Part shown: positions 8,532 through 15,825 of the stretch, one piece after another
Numbering within the stretch: position 1 is the stretch's first letter
Layout of the letters: every line of letters begins with the position of its first letter
Notes under the pieces: model-generated
What the model saw: only the letters and a program-made list of their open reading frames with translations
The model's database searches: none
What the model was told of the DNA's origin: nothing
Made by a program: the position numbers and the translations under genes
Origin: a virus
Direction: 5' to 3' (one strand)
Virus record (IMG/VR): IMGVR_UViG_3300035696_000005
Coordinates: 118,360-182,359 of that record
Length of the DNA: 64,000 nucleotides

Positions 8532-8606
8532 TGGTCTCCCCACTCCGAATCTCACGGAGATTTCAAATTTAGGAAATTTGCGTCCTGTATATTGAACGAT
8601 GGGGAG
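8532..8606 (-). tRNA. tRNA-Arg(CCT)
   Basis: CAAAT-TTCCTAA-ATTTG; T-loop TGAGATT; encoded CCA. Confidence 0.8.
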
Positions 8607-8609
8607 GTC

Positions 8610-8810
8610 TTAATCTTCTAGCCAATGACTGAAAGGTCCGATCTCTTCGAGTTCTCGTTCGCGTTCGATATCTTCCTTCATTGATGAGCTAATAGCCATA
8701 GAGCCCATGTCTTCAAGTTCTCGTTCGCGTTCGATATCTTCTTTCATGGATGGGCTAATTCCCATTGCTCCGAAACCATCATCCTTTTTCTTCTTTCCCG
8801 AAGACCTCAT
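8610..8810 (-). CDS. Small acidic protein with internal 22-aa repeat
   Basis: IS.SMKEDIERERELE repeated twice; start uncertain. Confidence 0.35.
   Translation of the reverse strand: MRSSGKKKKDDGFGAMGISPSMKEDIERERELEDMGSMAISSSMKEDIERERELEEIGPFSHWLED
8645..8760. repeat. Imperfect direct repeat, 66-nt period
   Basis: tcttc(g/a)agttctcgttcgcgttcgatatcttc(c/t)ttcat occurs twice. Confidence 0.85.
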
Positions 8811-8991
8811 ATTCTGTTCTCCCTTCTAGTAACTGTTCCATGTCGAACTCGTTTGGAAAGTGTTTGAGACGGTAATAGGCTTCTTTCCTGATCCATTTTG
8901 GAACACCGGGAGTTTTCTTTGGGTCAAGTAATGCCCGCAGAAACTCTCTCGTATTCCTGATTGCTCTTGTTCTTTCGTAAGGTAGCGTCAT
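8779..8991 (-). CDS. Conserved small phage protein (MTLPYERTRA...LKHFP)
   Basis: ORF track; ATGA overlap. Confidence 0.65.
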   Translation of the reverse strand: MTLPYERTRAIRNTREFLRALLDPKKTPGVPKWIRKEAYYRLKHFPNEFDMEQLLEGRTEYEVFGKEEKG

Positions 8992-9662
8992 AGATCAAAC
9001 ACAATGGGTTCGTTTTCCGGGTCGTAGCTATATGTGCAGGTACTGGCGTTCACATAGAGCGTATCTCCCACCTTCACTTCGCCGTAAGCTTCGTGAATGT
9101 GTCCAAAGATATGAGCTTTGGGCTTAATTCGCTCCACAGCTTTTGCCAAATCCCAGCACCCCACATGTCCCGGAACCAATCCGACAGGATCATACTTGGT
9201 CCGTGTCTTCCTGAAAATATCATCCTGGATCAGATAGGGCGGTCCATGAGTGATGAGCACATCCGTATCCGTCGGGATCTTATCCCACATGATCTTGAGC
9301 GCGTTTCCCCTGGGAAGGTTAAACGCCCAGTCATAGAATTCTGGTTGCCAGGGTGAGCCATAGAACTTGAGTCCTTGAACGGTGACTGAGCTATCTTGCA
9401 GGTAGTGTCCTGCAACCTTCACCATGTCTCTGGCGAGCGTGGGGTTTTCCTCAAAGAGGAAATCGTGATTGCCACAAATCCAAACGACATCCTTGTATTT
9501 TCCTTTGTTGAGAAGGGTATCAACCCAGTCAACAAAGCGTTGAACTTCATCGATGTCTCCTCGCATACTGATATCACCCGAATGGACGAGGATATCTCCA
9601 TCAGGTAGTTTTAATTTTTTGTGTAGTCCGTGAGTGTCGGAAATAGCAACGATTCGGGGCAT
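8988..9662 (-). CDS. Metallophosphoesterase (MPPED/239FB-like)
   Basis: ISDTHG, HSGD, GNHD, LITHGPP, FGHIHE; AGGAG RBS before MPRIVAIS at 9662. Confidence 0.9.
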   Translation of the reverse strand: MPRIVAISDTHGLHKKLKLPDGDILVHSGDISMRGDIDEVQRFVDWVDTLLNKGKYKDVVWICGNHDFLFEENPTLARDMVKVAGHYLQDSSVTVQGLKFYGSPWQPEFYDWAFNLPRGNALKIMWDKIPTDTDVLITHGPPYLIQDDIFRKTRTKYDPVGLVPGHVGCWDLAKAVERIKPKAHIFGHIHEAYGEVKVGDTLYVNASTCTYSYDPENEPIVFDL

Positions 9663-9706
9663 AATGATTCTCCTAGTAATAATCCTATACCCGATTTGAT
9701 TAGAAG

Positions 9707-9781
9707 TGGTAGCCCTGCTTGGAATCGCACCAAGTTCTTCGGTTTCGTAGACCGATATCCTATCTATTGAACGACAGGGCC
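9707..9781 (-). tRNA. tRNA-Arg(ACG)
   Basis: TCGGT-CTACGAA-ACCGA; T-loop TGCGATT; CCA. Confidence 0.85.
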
Positions 9782-9883
9782 ACATGAGGTAAAGTGGAAG
9801 GCGTGTGGTAACAACATCTATCTCCGAATTCAGTACTAGCAACTGAAACTGACGCCACACGTGCGTCTAAAAGGAGATAGGAT

Positions 9884-10111
9884 ATGAAGCGTTATACGAT
9901 TGTCGAGCTTTGCTCTGTTGACCACCCCAATGCCGAGAAGATCAAGAAGTACAATAAGGACCTGGGCTTCCATGTCTATAAATACCGTGGTGCCTATATG
10001 CTCATCATCGGTGATGAGTATGTGTGGAGAGCTGACGATGTCGACTACTGTTACATTGAGGGCGGAATGTACGTCTTTAATGAAAAGGGCGAACCTGTAA
10101 AGGTCGCTTAA
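9884..10111 (+). CDS. Small hypothetical protein on the opposite strand
   Basis: AAGGAG RBS; 75 aa. Confidence 0.65.
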   Translation: MKRYTIVELCSVDHPNAEKIKKYNKDLGFHVYKYRGAYMLIIGDEYVWRADDVDYCYIEGGMYVFNEKGEPVKVA

Positions 10112-10113
10112 AT

Positions 10114-10187
10114 TGGAGCCCCAACCGGGAGTTGAACCCGGGCGTCCTGACTGGCAGTCAGGCATGCTACCGTAACATCTCTGAGGC
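10114..10187 (-). tRNA. tRNA-Gly(GCC)
   Basis: CCTGA-CTGCCAG-TCAGG; TTCAACT; TCCA. Confidence 0.9.
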
Positions 10188-10210
10188 ATTGAACTTGTAT
10201 TAGGAAAATT

Positions 10211-10250
10211 CCCCTATTGAAACGCTGTTCACCCAGTGTTTCAATAGGGG
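10211..10250 (+). promoter_or_regulatory. Long hairpin covering the RBS of the protease gene
   Basis: CCCCTATTGAAAC / GTTTCAATAGGGG perfect 13-bp stem, extendable by GCTG/CAGT; ATG at 10252. Confidence 0.7.
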
Positions 10251-10251
10251 T

Positions 10252-11019
10252 ATGAAAAACAAACTTTTTGGTCGTCGTCCTCGTGGCTTTAACCATAAGA
10301 TCCCGCACATGAGCGCCATGCTGCTGGGCTCCGACAACTCTGTCTTTGTGCCGCCCAGCATCAACTATGCTCCGGACACTGTTTCGAATTTTGGAATGAT
10401 GTTGAATGATCAGCTCGGGGATTGCACTTGCGCTGCTGTCTACCACTCCATTCAAATTTGGTCCTTAAACGCACAAGGATCGATGCTGACAGAGCCGGAC
10501 AATGATGTCCTCTCTTTGTATGAGCAGGCTTGCGGGTACAGCCCAGCCGATCCTAGCACGGATCAGGGCGGGGTCGAGCAGAGCGTTCTCTCATATCTCC
10601 TCAACAACGGTGCTCCGATGAGTAGCGGAGCACCCCACAAGATCTCTGCTTTCTATGAAGTCGATCCTCGTAACACCAAGGACGTTAAGCAAACAATCTA
10701 CGAATGTGGCGTTGCTTACATCGGTATCGATGTTCCAGCCAATATCATGCCGGATGACGGCATGCCTCCGCAGCTCTGGCAGGTCGTGCCTAACCAGGAG
10801 ATTATTGGTGGGCACGCGATTGCTCTGACTGGCTATAACGCCACCGGTCCTTTTCTGATCAGCTGGGGTCAAAAATTTCAAATGACCTGGGATTTCTTTA
10901 ACCAGTATACCGACGAGGTCTACGGCATCGTAGACTCTGAGTGGATCGCCAAGACTGGCAAGACTCCTTGTGGAATGACACTTGTTCAGCTTGAACAAAT
11001 GATGCAGTCCATGAAGTAA
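10252..11019 (+). CDS. Papain-fold (C1-like) cysteine peptidase
   Basis: NDQLGDCTCAA (Cys), GGHAIALTGY (His), ISWG; 255 aa. Confidence 0.75.
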   Translation: MKNKLFGRRPRGFNHKIPHMSAMLLGSDNSVFVPPSINYAPDTVSNFGMMLNDQLGDCTCAAVYHSIQIWSLNAQGSMLTEPDNDVLSLYEQACGYSPADPSTDQGGVEQSVLSYLLNNGAPMSSGAPHKISAFYEVDPRNTKDVKQTIYECGVAYIGIDVPANIMPDDGMPPQLWQVVPNQEIIGGHAIALTGYNATGPFLISWGQKFQMTWDFFNQYTDEVYGIVDSEWIAKTGKTPCGMTLVQLEQMMQSMK

Positions 11020-11120
11020 GCCGCTGTTTATCATTCACGGAAGTGTCGGCAGTTTAACGTAACTATGTGCTTTTTCACGATTTAGTGATCTCCTTATCAG
11101 TCACGTTATCATTCAAAAAT

Positions 11121-11195
11121 TGGAGCCCCGAGCGAGAGTCGAACTCGCTTCACCAGATTGGAAGTCTGGCACATCACCACCAATGTTTTCGAGGC
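11121..11195 (-). tRNA. tRNA-Gly(TCC)
   Basis: CCAGA-CTTCCAA-TCTGG; TTCGACT; TCCA. Confidence 0.9.
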
Positions 11196-11196
11196 A

Positions 11197-11271
11197 TGGA
11201 GCCGCTACCGGTGTTCGCACCCGGATCGCTACATTACCAATGTAGAGCTCTGCTACTTAAGCTATAGCGGC
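11197..11271 (-). tRNA. tRNA-Thr(GGT)
   Basis: CTACA-TTGGTAA-TGTAG; T-loop TGCGAAC; CCA. Confidence 0.85.
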
Positions 11272-11278
11272 ATTAAAA

Positions 11279-11352
11279 TGGTACCCCAGCAAGGAATTGC
11301 ACCCTGTCGAGCTGTTTCGAAGACAGCCATGCGTCTACTACATCACTGGGGC
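11279..11352 (-). tRNA. tRNA-Arg(TCG)
   Basis: GCTGT-CTTCGAA-ACAGC; T-loop TGCAATT; CCA. Confidence 0.85.
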
Positions 11353-11392
11353 TCAGGATATTGGTGCGCGGCCACGCACCTCACTGATAGTT

Positions 11393-11418
11393 AAAAAAGC
11401 CGAGCCCGAAGGCTCGGC
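11393..11418 (-). terminator. Intrinsic terminator
   Basis: GCCGAGCC-TTCG-GGCTCGGC-T6. Confidence 0.85.
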
Positions 11419-11422
11419 GAAA

Positions 11423-11668
11423 CTAAAGCAAATGAAGTTCGTACTTGCTGTTCTGTGTTTGGAACAGGTACTTACTTTCTTCTTTGAGAAACGAGCACTC
11501 CTTGATTTCGGTTGTGAGAACAATCCTGAGATTACCCTCTTCAAGTGGTGGAGCAGTCATTAGAAAAGTCTTCCCAACTTCAGGAAGCTCCATACATTTC
11601 CCGACAATCTCGTTTGTCCTTAGGTTGTTGTGATTAGACTGAATCTTCACTAACCGTACTTCGTACAT
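11423..11668 (-). CDS. Small hypothetical protein, 81 aa
   Basis: ORF track; AGGAG RBS; followed by terminator. Confidence 0.65.
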   Translation of the reverse strand: MYEVRLVKIQSNHNNLRTNEIVGKCMELPEVGKTFLMTAPPLEEGNLRIVLTTEIKECSFLKEESKYLFQTQNSKYELHLL

Positions 11669-11675
11669 AAATCTC

Positions 11676-12416
11676 CTAGTCGATATTTTCCTGCTGGTAG
11701 ATTTCCATCTCTGGGAATCTTAGAGCAGTGAGTTTTCCGTAGTAAGGTCTCAACGGATCACCGAGAATCGTTATGCCCTTATAAGCACATCCCGTATCAA
11801 TGTTGGCATACCAGTCTTGGATATCAGGACCACTTTGCTGTGGCGTGTGTCCGTGGACGTTATACCAATTTTTGACGTTCTTCCTCGGTGGCTTGTAGCG
11901 GTTCCAGATGAAGGTCTGTCCGTCCCAGCCAAATTTTTTAACCTGATTCTCAAGATGACCCTGACCGACAGGGGCGTGAGTGATCAAAAGATGCCTTCCA
12001 TTCTTGTGCTTGAGTTCCTCGTACTCAAGATAAAGCGGAAGTGCCTTGATGTACTCTTGGTGCTTTTTCAGAACCTCGATACCTTCACAGGTGTGTGCTC
12101 TGTTGATTACTGTTTCTCCTGGATGCGGATAGAGTAGTCCATCTGGACAGCTACAGTAGCTTGCGTAAGCCTTAAGTCCTCCGTTGTAGAGCCACAAGCC
12201 TTCTTGCTTATCATCCGACATGAAATCATCGTGGTTTCCTTTGATACATGTGATCTTGTTATCGATGATGTATTGGATGAGCTCGCGGGTTCTTGGTCCA
12301 CGATCAGGGAGATCTCCTGCAACCACAAAAGGCTCGCCTGGAAATTTGGCCGTCATGTCTTCATGAAGCTTCTTGAACGTTAGAAAACATCCGTGCGGAT
12401 CTGTCGTGATAATCAT
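11676..12416 (-). CDS. Metallophosphoesterase (Ser/Thr phosphatase-like)
   Basis: TDPHG, GDLPDRG, GNHD, THAP, HGHTP, NIDTGC; AAGGAG RBS before ATG 12416. Confidence 0.9.
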   Translation of the reverse strand: MIITTDPHGCFLTFKKLHEDMTAKFPGEPFVVAGDLPDRGPRTRELIQYIIDNKITCIKGNHDDFMSDDKQEGLWLYNGGLKAYASYCSCPDGLLYPHPGETVINRAHTCEGIEVLKKHQEYIKALPLYLEYEELKHKNGRHLLITHAPVGQGHLENQVKKFGWDGQTFIWNRYKPPRKNVKNWYNVHGHTPQQSGPDIQDWYANIDTGCAYKGITILGDPLRPYYGKLTALRFPEMEIYQQENID

Positions 12417-12454
12417 ATAGATCTCCTTGGAAGTCTCATACCAGCATTTTAAAG

Positions 12455-12531
12455 TGGTAGGGATGGTGAGAATCGAACTCACTTGATGTCTTGCTCCCAA
12501 AGCAAGCGGCTAGCCTTTGGCCCACATCCCT
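12455..12531 (-). tRNA. tRNA-Pro(TGG)
   Basis: CTTGC-TTTGGGA-GCAAG; TTCGATT; ACCA. Confidence 0.85.
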
Positions 12532-12630
12532 ACATTAAAATTGCATTCCGATGCCCGGTCACCCTAACTCACAACTTCGCATGTGACGCATATTCCAGCA
12601 ACCGGCCTCTTTGACCTGGCTGATGAAAAT

Positions 12631-12697
12631 TGGAGCGGGCTGTTGGCTTCTAACCGAAAGAGCTTATGCTGCAGCAACTTCTCTTTCCAGACCCCGC
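12631..12697 (-). ncRNA. tRNA-like element ending in CCA (non-cloverleaf)
   Basis: GCGGG/CCCGC terminal stem + TCCA; GAAAGAG/CTCTTTC stem; small GG-TTAGAAG-CC arm; no D-arm. Confidence 0.4.
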
Positions 12698-12704
12698 ATA
12701 GTAA

Positions 12705-12944
12705 CTAATTGGCCGCAATAGATCCACGGCGTTTAAATTCGATAGCCTCTCTGGCTTTTTCCAGCGCCTCTTGCATAGGGAGACGCATGCTGCTTGCTGA
12801 CAGTACTGTCCATAAACGAAGTGGTTCGTCACTATCTTTCAGCGTTACCTGATAACCTACTTTTGCACCACGCTCAGGAATCCAGGCGACGGTTTCGAAA
12901 TTCTCGCTTTTCAGTACGCACTGCCTAAAGAAGTCATCTTTCAT
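12705..12944 (-). CDS. Hypothetical protein, 79 aa
   Basis: ORF track; AGGAG RBS. Confidence 0.65.
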   Translation of the reverse strand: MKDDFFRQCVLKSENFETVAWIPERGAKVGYQVTLKDSDEPLRLWTVLSASSMRLPMQEALEKAREAIEFKRRGSIAAN

Positions 12945-12958
12945 ATAGTCTCCTAAAA

Positions 12959-13037
12959 TGGTGCCCCCAGCCAGCTCCGCCCTGGCACATTCACCGAGTC
13001 TCAGTCGATGCTCTCTACTAATCTGGAGTATAGGGGC
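12959..13037 (-). tRNA. tRNA-Leu(GAG), short variable loop
   Basis: ATCGA-CTGAGAC-TCGGT; T-loop GGCGGAG; ACCA. Confidence 0.7.
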
Positions 13038-13041
13038 ATAA

Positions 13042-13221
13042 TCAGTTGGCTGAAATTTTCGGATCTCTCCAGACTAAGGAGTCTGTGAGTACGTCAATGT
13101 AGTAAAGAATGCGTCCTCTTTCGTCTCGCTCTTTCTTCACCTTAAGTCCACCAACCTGTTCGTTGATGCGAATGACTTCTTTGATTCCTTCGTCGAATTC
13201 TGAGCCAATGATGACCTTCAT
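13042..13221 (-). CDS. Small hypothetical protein, 59 aa
   Basis: Manual translation MKVIIGSEFDEGIKEVIRINEQVGGLKVKKERDERGRILYYIDV...; GGAGG RBS; TAATG overlap. Confidence 0.6.
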   Translation of the reverse strand: MKVIIGSEFDEGIKEVIRINEQVGGLKVKKERDERGRILYYIDVLTDSLVWRDPKISAN

Positions 13222-13478
13222 TAGTATCCTCCCCTTTTCCTGATAACCTTACTTTCTTTGAAGCAGTAGTCTAGGTTCACCTTATCAGCGTCTGCTTTGT
13301 TTTGACCCCCAGCATGGCTGTTGGCAAGGTAGTATTGCTCCACGCCGTCTATGCAACCGTACTCGTACCAGTTGGAACCCGTCATTCGCACGTAAGCGTA
13401 GGCAGCGAAGTATGCTGTCGGAATAAACAGCAGCATAACAAGCACCAGAGCAGCGAGCGACATGGCGATATATTTCAC
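13221..13478 (-). CDS. Small membrane-anchored protein
   Basis: N-terminal hydrophobic helix; AAGGA RBS. Confidence 0.55.
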   Translation of the reverse strand: MKYIAMSLAALVLVMLLFIPTAYFAAYAYVRMTGSNWYEYGCIDGVEQYYLANSHAGGQNKADADKVNLDYCFKESKVIRKRGGY

Positions 13479-13492
13479 TGACTATCCTTTAA

Positions 13493-13575
13493 TGGTGACC
13501 CTGGAGGGACTTGCACCCCCACGCCGAAGCATAAGTTCCTAAGACTTACGTGTCTGCTAATTCCACCACAGGGCC
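13493..13575 (-). tRNA. tRNA-Leu(TAG), long variable arm
   Basis: TAAGT-CTTAGGA-ACTTA; T-loop TGCAAGT; ACCA. Confidence 0.9.
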
Positions 13576-13581
13576 ACATCC

Positions 13582-14118
13582 CTACAAAAAGTCCTTGAGA
13601 TAAGACTCCCACACAGCCGGATCATTTGGCAAGTACTGGATTGTCATCGCAGGCTCCCATGAAGGTTTGAATGGCTCCCTAAGGAGTTTCATTTTAGCTT
13701 CTTGAGGTGTCCTGTTTCTCTTCTTCTGGTTGCAAGGTTTGCAAGCAGTCACGATGTTAGTCCAAGACTTGTAAGAGTCTGGCGTTCGATTACTCTTAGG
13801 AATTACGTGGTCAAGCGTGAGCTTGGCTGCTGGAAATTTCTTACAGCAGTATTGGCAGATGTAGCCATCTCGCCAGAACACGTTGGGCCTGGAGAATTTT
13901 ACGAAACGCCTCTTATAGTGTCCCGCTCCATTAAGCATCATTACGCAAGGAAGATTGAGAGTAAGGCGCTGAGAGCGTATGGGAATATCAGCGTATTCTT
14001 CTAAAACATCCGCCTTACCCTCGTAAAGCTTTTCAATGGCTTTCCTACCATTGATTACATCGATAGGCTGCATGCCTTGATCAAGAAGTAACACACGGAC
14101 TTTTTCTAAGTTTGCCAT
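13582..14118 (-). CDS. HNH endonuclease (McrA-like)
   Basis: RDGYICQYC, LTLDHVIPKS, NIVTACKPCNQKK. Confidence 0.9.
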   Translation of the reverse strand: MANLEKVRVLLLDQGMQPIDVINGRKAIEKLYEGKADVLEEYADIPIRSQRLTLNLPCVMMLNGAGHYKRRFVKFSRPNVFWRDGYICQYCCKKFPAAKLTLDHVIPKSNRTPDSYKSWTNIVTACKPCNQKKRNRTPQEAKMKLLREPFKPSWEPAMTIQYLPNDPAVWESYLKDFL

Positions 14119-14145
14119 ACAGCCTCCTCTCTGGGTTTACGTTAA

Positions 14146-14224
14146 TGGTGCCGGTGATCGGACTTGCACCGATAAGCAGTAAGGTTTGAGCTTACTAGGT
14201 ATGCTAGATTCCCTTCACACCGGC
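14146..14224 (-). tRNA. tRNA-Leu(CAA), short variable loop
   Basis: GTAAG-CTCAAAC-CTTAC; T-loop TGCAAGT; ACCA. Confidence 0.8.
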
Positions 14225-14656
14225 TCGTTTCCAATTAAACTGTTTTGCGGTCCTACGCCTATGGCAGTTTGCACAGCGGACTTCGCATTTACTGATTTCC
14301 TCTTCAATGGCTTTCCAGCTGTAGGCACCGCGAACAAGCAGTGTCACAGCACTGATCTTAAGGTCACGGTCAACGTGATCAAAGTCAAGGACAACCAGAT
14401 CGTCTTCGCCGCAGTCCACACACGGATGCTCAAGCAAATACTTGAAAAGTTTTTCGTAATTCTCTGCCCTAATGTCCTTGTTGCGCTTGCGAGCCTTTTT
14501 CTTGTAATAGCCTTTATTATTCTGATAGTGATCGCGAAGCCTGGCTCTACGGCACTCAGTACAATAAGACCTGCGCGTGCCGGTCTTTGGATTCTTGATG
14601 TCAAACTCTTCGATGGACTTCTCAAGCTTACACGGACCAGTGCAGCGTTTAGTCAT
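14204..14656 (-). CDS. HNH-family endonuclease; stop inside tRNA-Leu(CAA)
   Basis: CVDCGE..VLDFDH...CEVRCANCH; N-terminal Cys motifs. Confidence 0.8.
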   Translation of the reverse strand: MTKRCTGPCKLEKSIEEFDIKNPKTGTRRSYCTECRRARLRDHYQNNKGYYKKKARKRNKDIRAENYEKLFKYLLEHPCVDCGEDDLVVLDFDHVDRDLKISAVTLLVRGAYSWKAIEEEISKCEVRCANCHRRRTAKQFNWKRAGVKGI

Positions 14657-14695
14657 TAAACAGAGTGTAGGTAATAATTTCCGCTATGTCAAATC

Positions 14696-14771
14696 TGGTG
14701 CCCGTGATGGGTACTGCCCCCAAAAGACGGCGGATTTTAAGTCCACCCGATATACTATTCTCTACACAGGC
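14696..14771 (-). tRNA. tRNA-Leu(TAA), short variable loop
   Basis: GTGGA-CTTAAAA-TCCGC; T-loop GGCAGTA; ACCA. Confidence 0.75.
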
Positions 14772-14775
14772 AAAC

Positions 14776-14849
14776 TGGCGTCGCTTAAGGGAGTTGAACC
14801 CTTCTTGTCCGACTGAGAATCGGAAGTCCTACCGATAGACGAAAGCGAC
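14776..14849 (-). tRNA. tRNA-Glu(CTC)
   Basis: TCCGA-TTCTCAG-TCGGA; TTCAACT; GCCA. Confidence 0.9.
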
Positions 14850-14850
14850 A

Positions 14851-15138
14851 TCAAAGCTTAATCTTATCCCGATACTTCTTCATGGCCCGCTCGACTGTGC
14901 CTACGAGCTTTCCTTCGTCCTCGGCTAAGGCAGCGTGTTCTAGAGCCTCGTGTTTGAGGTCATCGCCCCAATCAAGAAGCCTGCAACGCTCTTTAGGATC
15001 AGATTCTTTTGCAGCCAGAATAAAGACAGCCATTGCGCGAGATGCCCACTTTGACGCAGTCTCGCGCTCGATCTGTTTTTCGCTTTTAGTCTGAACTTCC
15101 TTCATGGCTTCGGCGATATCGAATCCGATTTTGAACAT
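14851..15138 (-). CDS. Hypothetical helical protein, 95 aa
   Basis: ORF track; TGATATAAT (extended -10-like) just upstream. Confidence 0.6.
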   Translation of the reverse strand: MFKIGFDIAEAMKEVQTKSEKQIERETASKWASRAMAVFILAAKESDPKERCRLLDWGDDLKHEALEHAALAEDEGKLVGTVERAMKKYRDKIKL

Positions 15139-15153
15139 TTGTCTATTATATCA

Positions 15154-15229
15154 TGGTGGACTACATGGGAATCGAACCCATCAAAAACTGATTGCAAATC
15201 AGCCTACTTCCCCAGCTGTTTCGTAGCCC
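15154..15229 (-). tRNA. tRNA-Ala(TGC)
   Basis: GCTGA-TTTGCAA-TCAGT; G3:U70 pair; TTCGATT; ACCA. Confidence 0.9.
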
Positions 15230-15238
15230 ATTGAAATT

Positions 15239-15285
15239 TGGCATTGGGGAGAGCCCGGCAACTAGGCCGTATGACTCTCCCCAAT
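15239..15285 (-). ncRNA. Minihelix-like hairpin ending in GCCA
   Basis: ATTGGGGAGAG/CTCTCCCCAAT 11-bp stem, apical CGGC/GCCG hairpin, 3' GCCA overhang. Confidence 0.4.
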
Positions 15286-15288
15286 CTT

Positions 15289-15471
15289 TTAGCCGAACAG
15301 AATTCGGCGCGCTTGAGTCAGCGTCTGAGCCGACATGAATTCGGCTTCCACTTTTTTCTCTTGCGCACGCTTCTTGTGAAGCGCTTTGTAGTTGGTCAGA
15401 CTACGAAATGGGCTTAACACCCATCTTTCCTTCCCGTCCTGGGTAAGGAACTTCCTCTTGATCTGGTTCAT
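15289..15471 (-). CDS. Small basic hypothetical protein, 60 aa
   Basis: ORF track; GAAGGAGG RBS located in a hairpin. Confidence 0.55.
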   Translation of the reverse strand: MNQIKRKFLTQDGKERWVLSPFRSLTNYKALHKKRAQEKKVEAEFMSAQTLTQARRILFG

Positions 15472-15573
15472 AACAGACCCTCCTTCAGCTTTTGAGCGAA
15501 GAAGAGGTCTAGAAAGGATCTTCCGTAGTCATAGGCAGATGATGCCTGATGATGTTTTCAAAATCAAATTAAA

Positions 15574-15648
15574 TGGCAGGGGATGAAGGTAGTGCGCCCT
15601 CTTCTGCTGGTTTGGAATCAGCCGTGTTACTTTTATCACTAATCCCCT
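15574..15648 (-). tRNA. tRNA-Trp(CCA)
   Basis: GCTGA-TTCCAAA-CCAGC; AGGGG acceptor; T-loop CGCACTA; GCCA. Confidence 0.8.
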
Positions 15649-15659
15649 ACTGGAAAAAC

Positions 15660-15734
15660 TGGGGTCGCGTACGGGTTCTGCCCCCGCCTGTTCACCTTGA
15701 AAGGATGATGACCTCACTAGAAGTCGAACGCGAC
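15660..15734 (-). tRNA. tRNA-Glu(TTC)
   Basis: TCATC-CTTTCAA-GGTGA; GTCGC acceptor like Glu(CTC); T-loop GGCAGAA. Confidence 0.8.
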
Positions 15735-15739
15735 AAACT

Positions 15740-15816
15740 TGGGGTGATCGACGGGAGTTGCACCCGCTTACCCTGCTTCACAGGCAGGTACCTCAGCTAC
15801 TTCGGTTTCAACCACC
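15740..15816 (-). tRNA. tRNA-His(GTG)
   Basis: CCTGC-CTGTGAA-GCAGG; encoded G-1 and C73. Confidence 0.85.
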
Positions 15817-15825
15817 ACTGGAACT

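Noticed and set aside
9663-9860. N-terminal extension of the phosphoesterase (ORF-track start 9860); likewise 12417..12500 for the third one
   Set aside because: Both extensions cross tRNA genes; catalytic motifs and RBS define later starts
11353-11544. Third leader peptide before the Arg/Thr/Gly tRNAs
   Set aside because: The terminator follows an ordinary ORF; I found no matching promoter geometry, antiterminator complement or codon concordance
15660-15734. Opal suppressor or Sec tRNA (TCA reading)
   Set aside because: The best anticodon stem TCATC/GGTGA centres TTC; acceptor resembles Glu(CTC); no long arm
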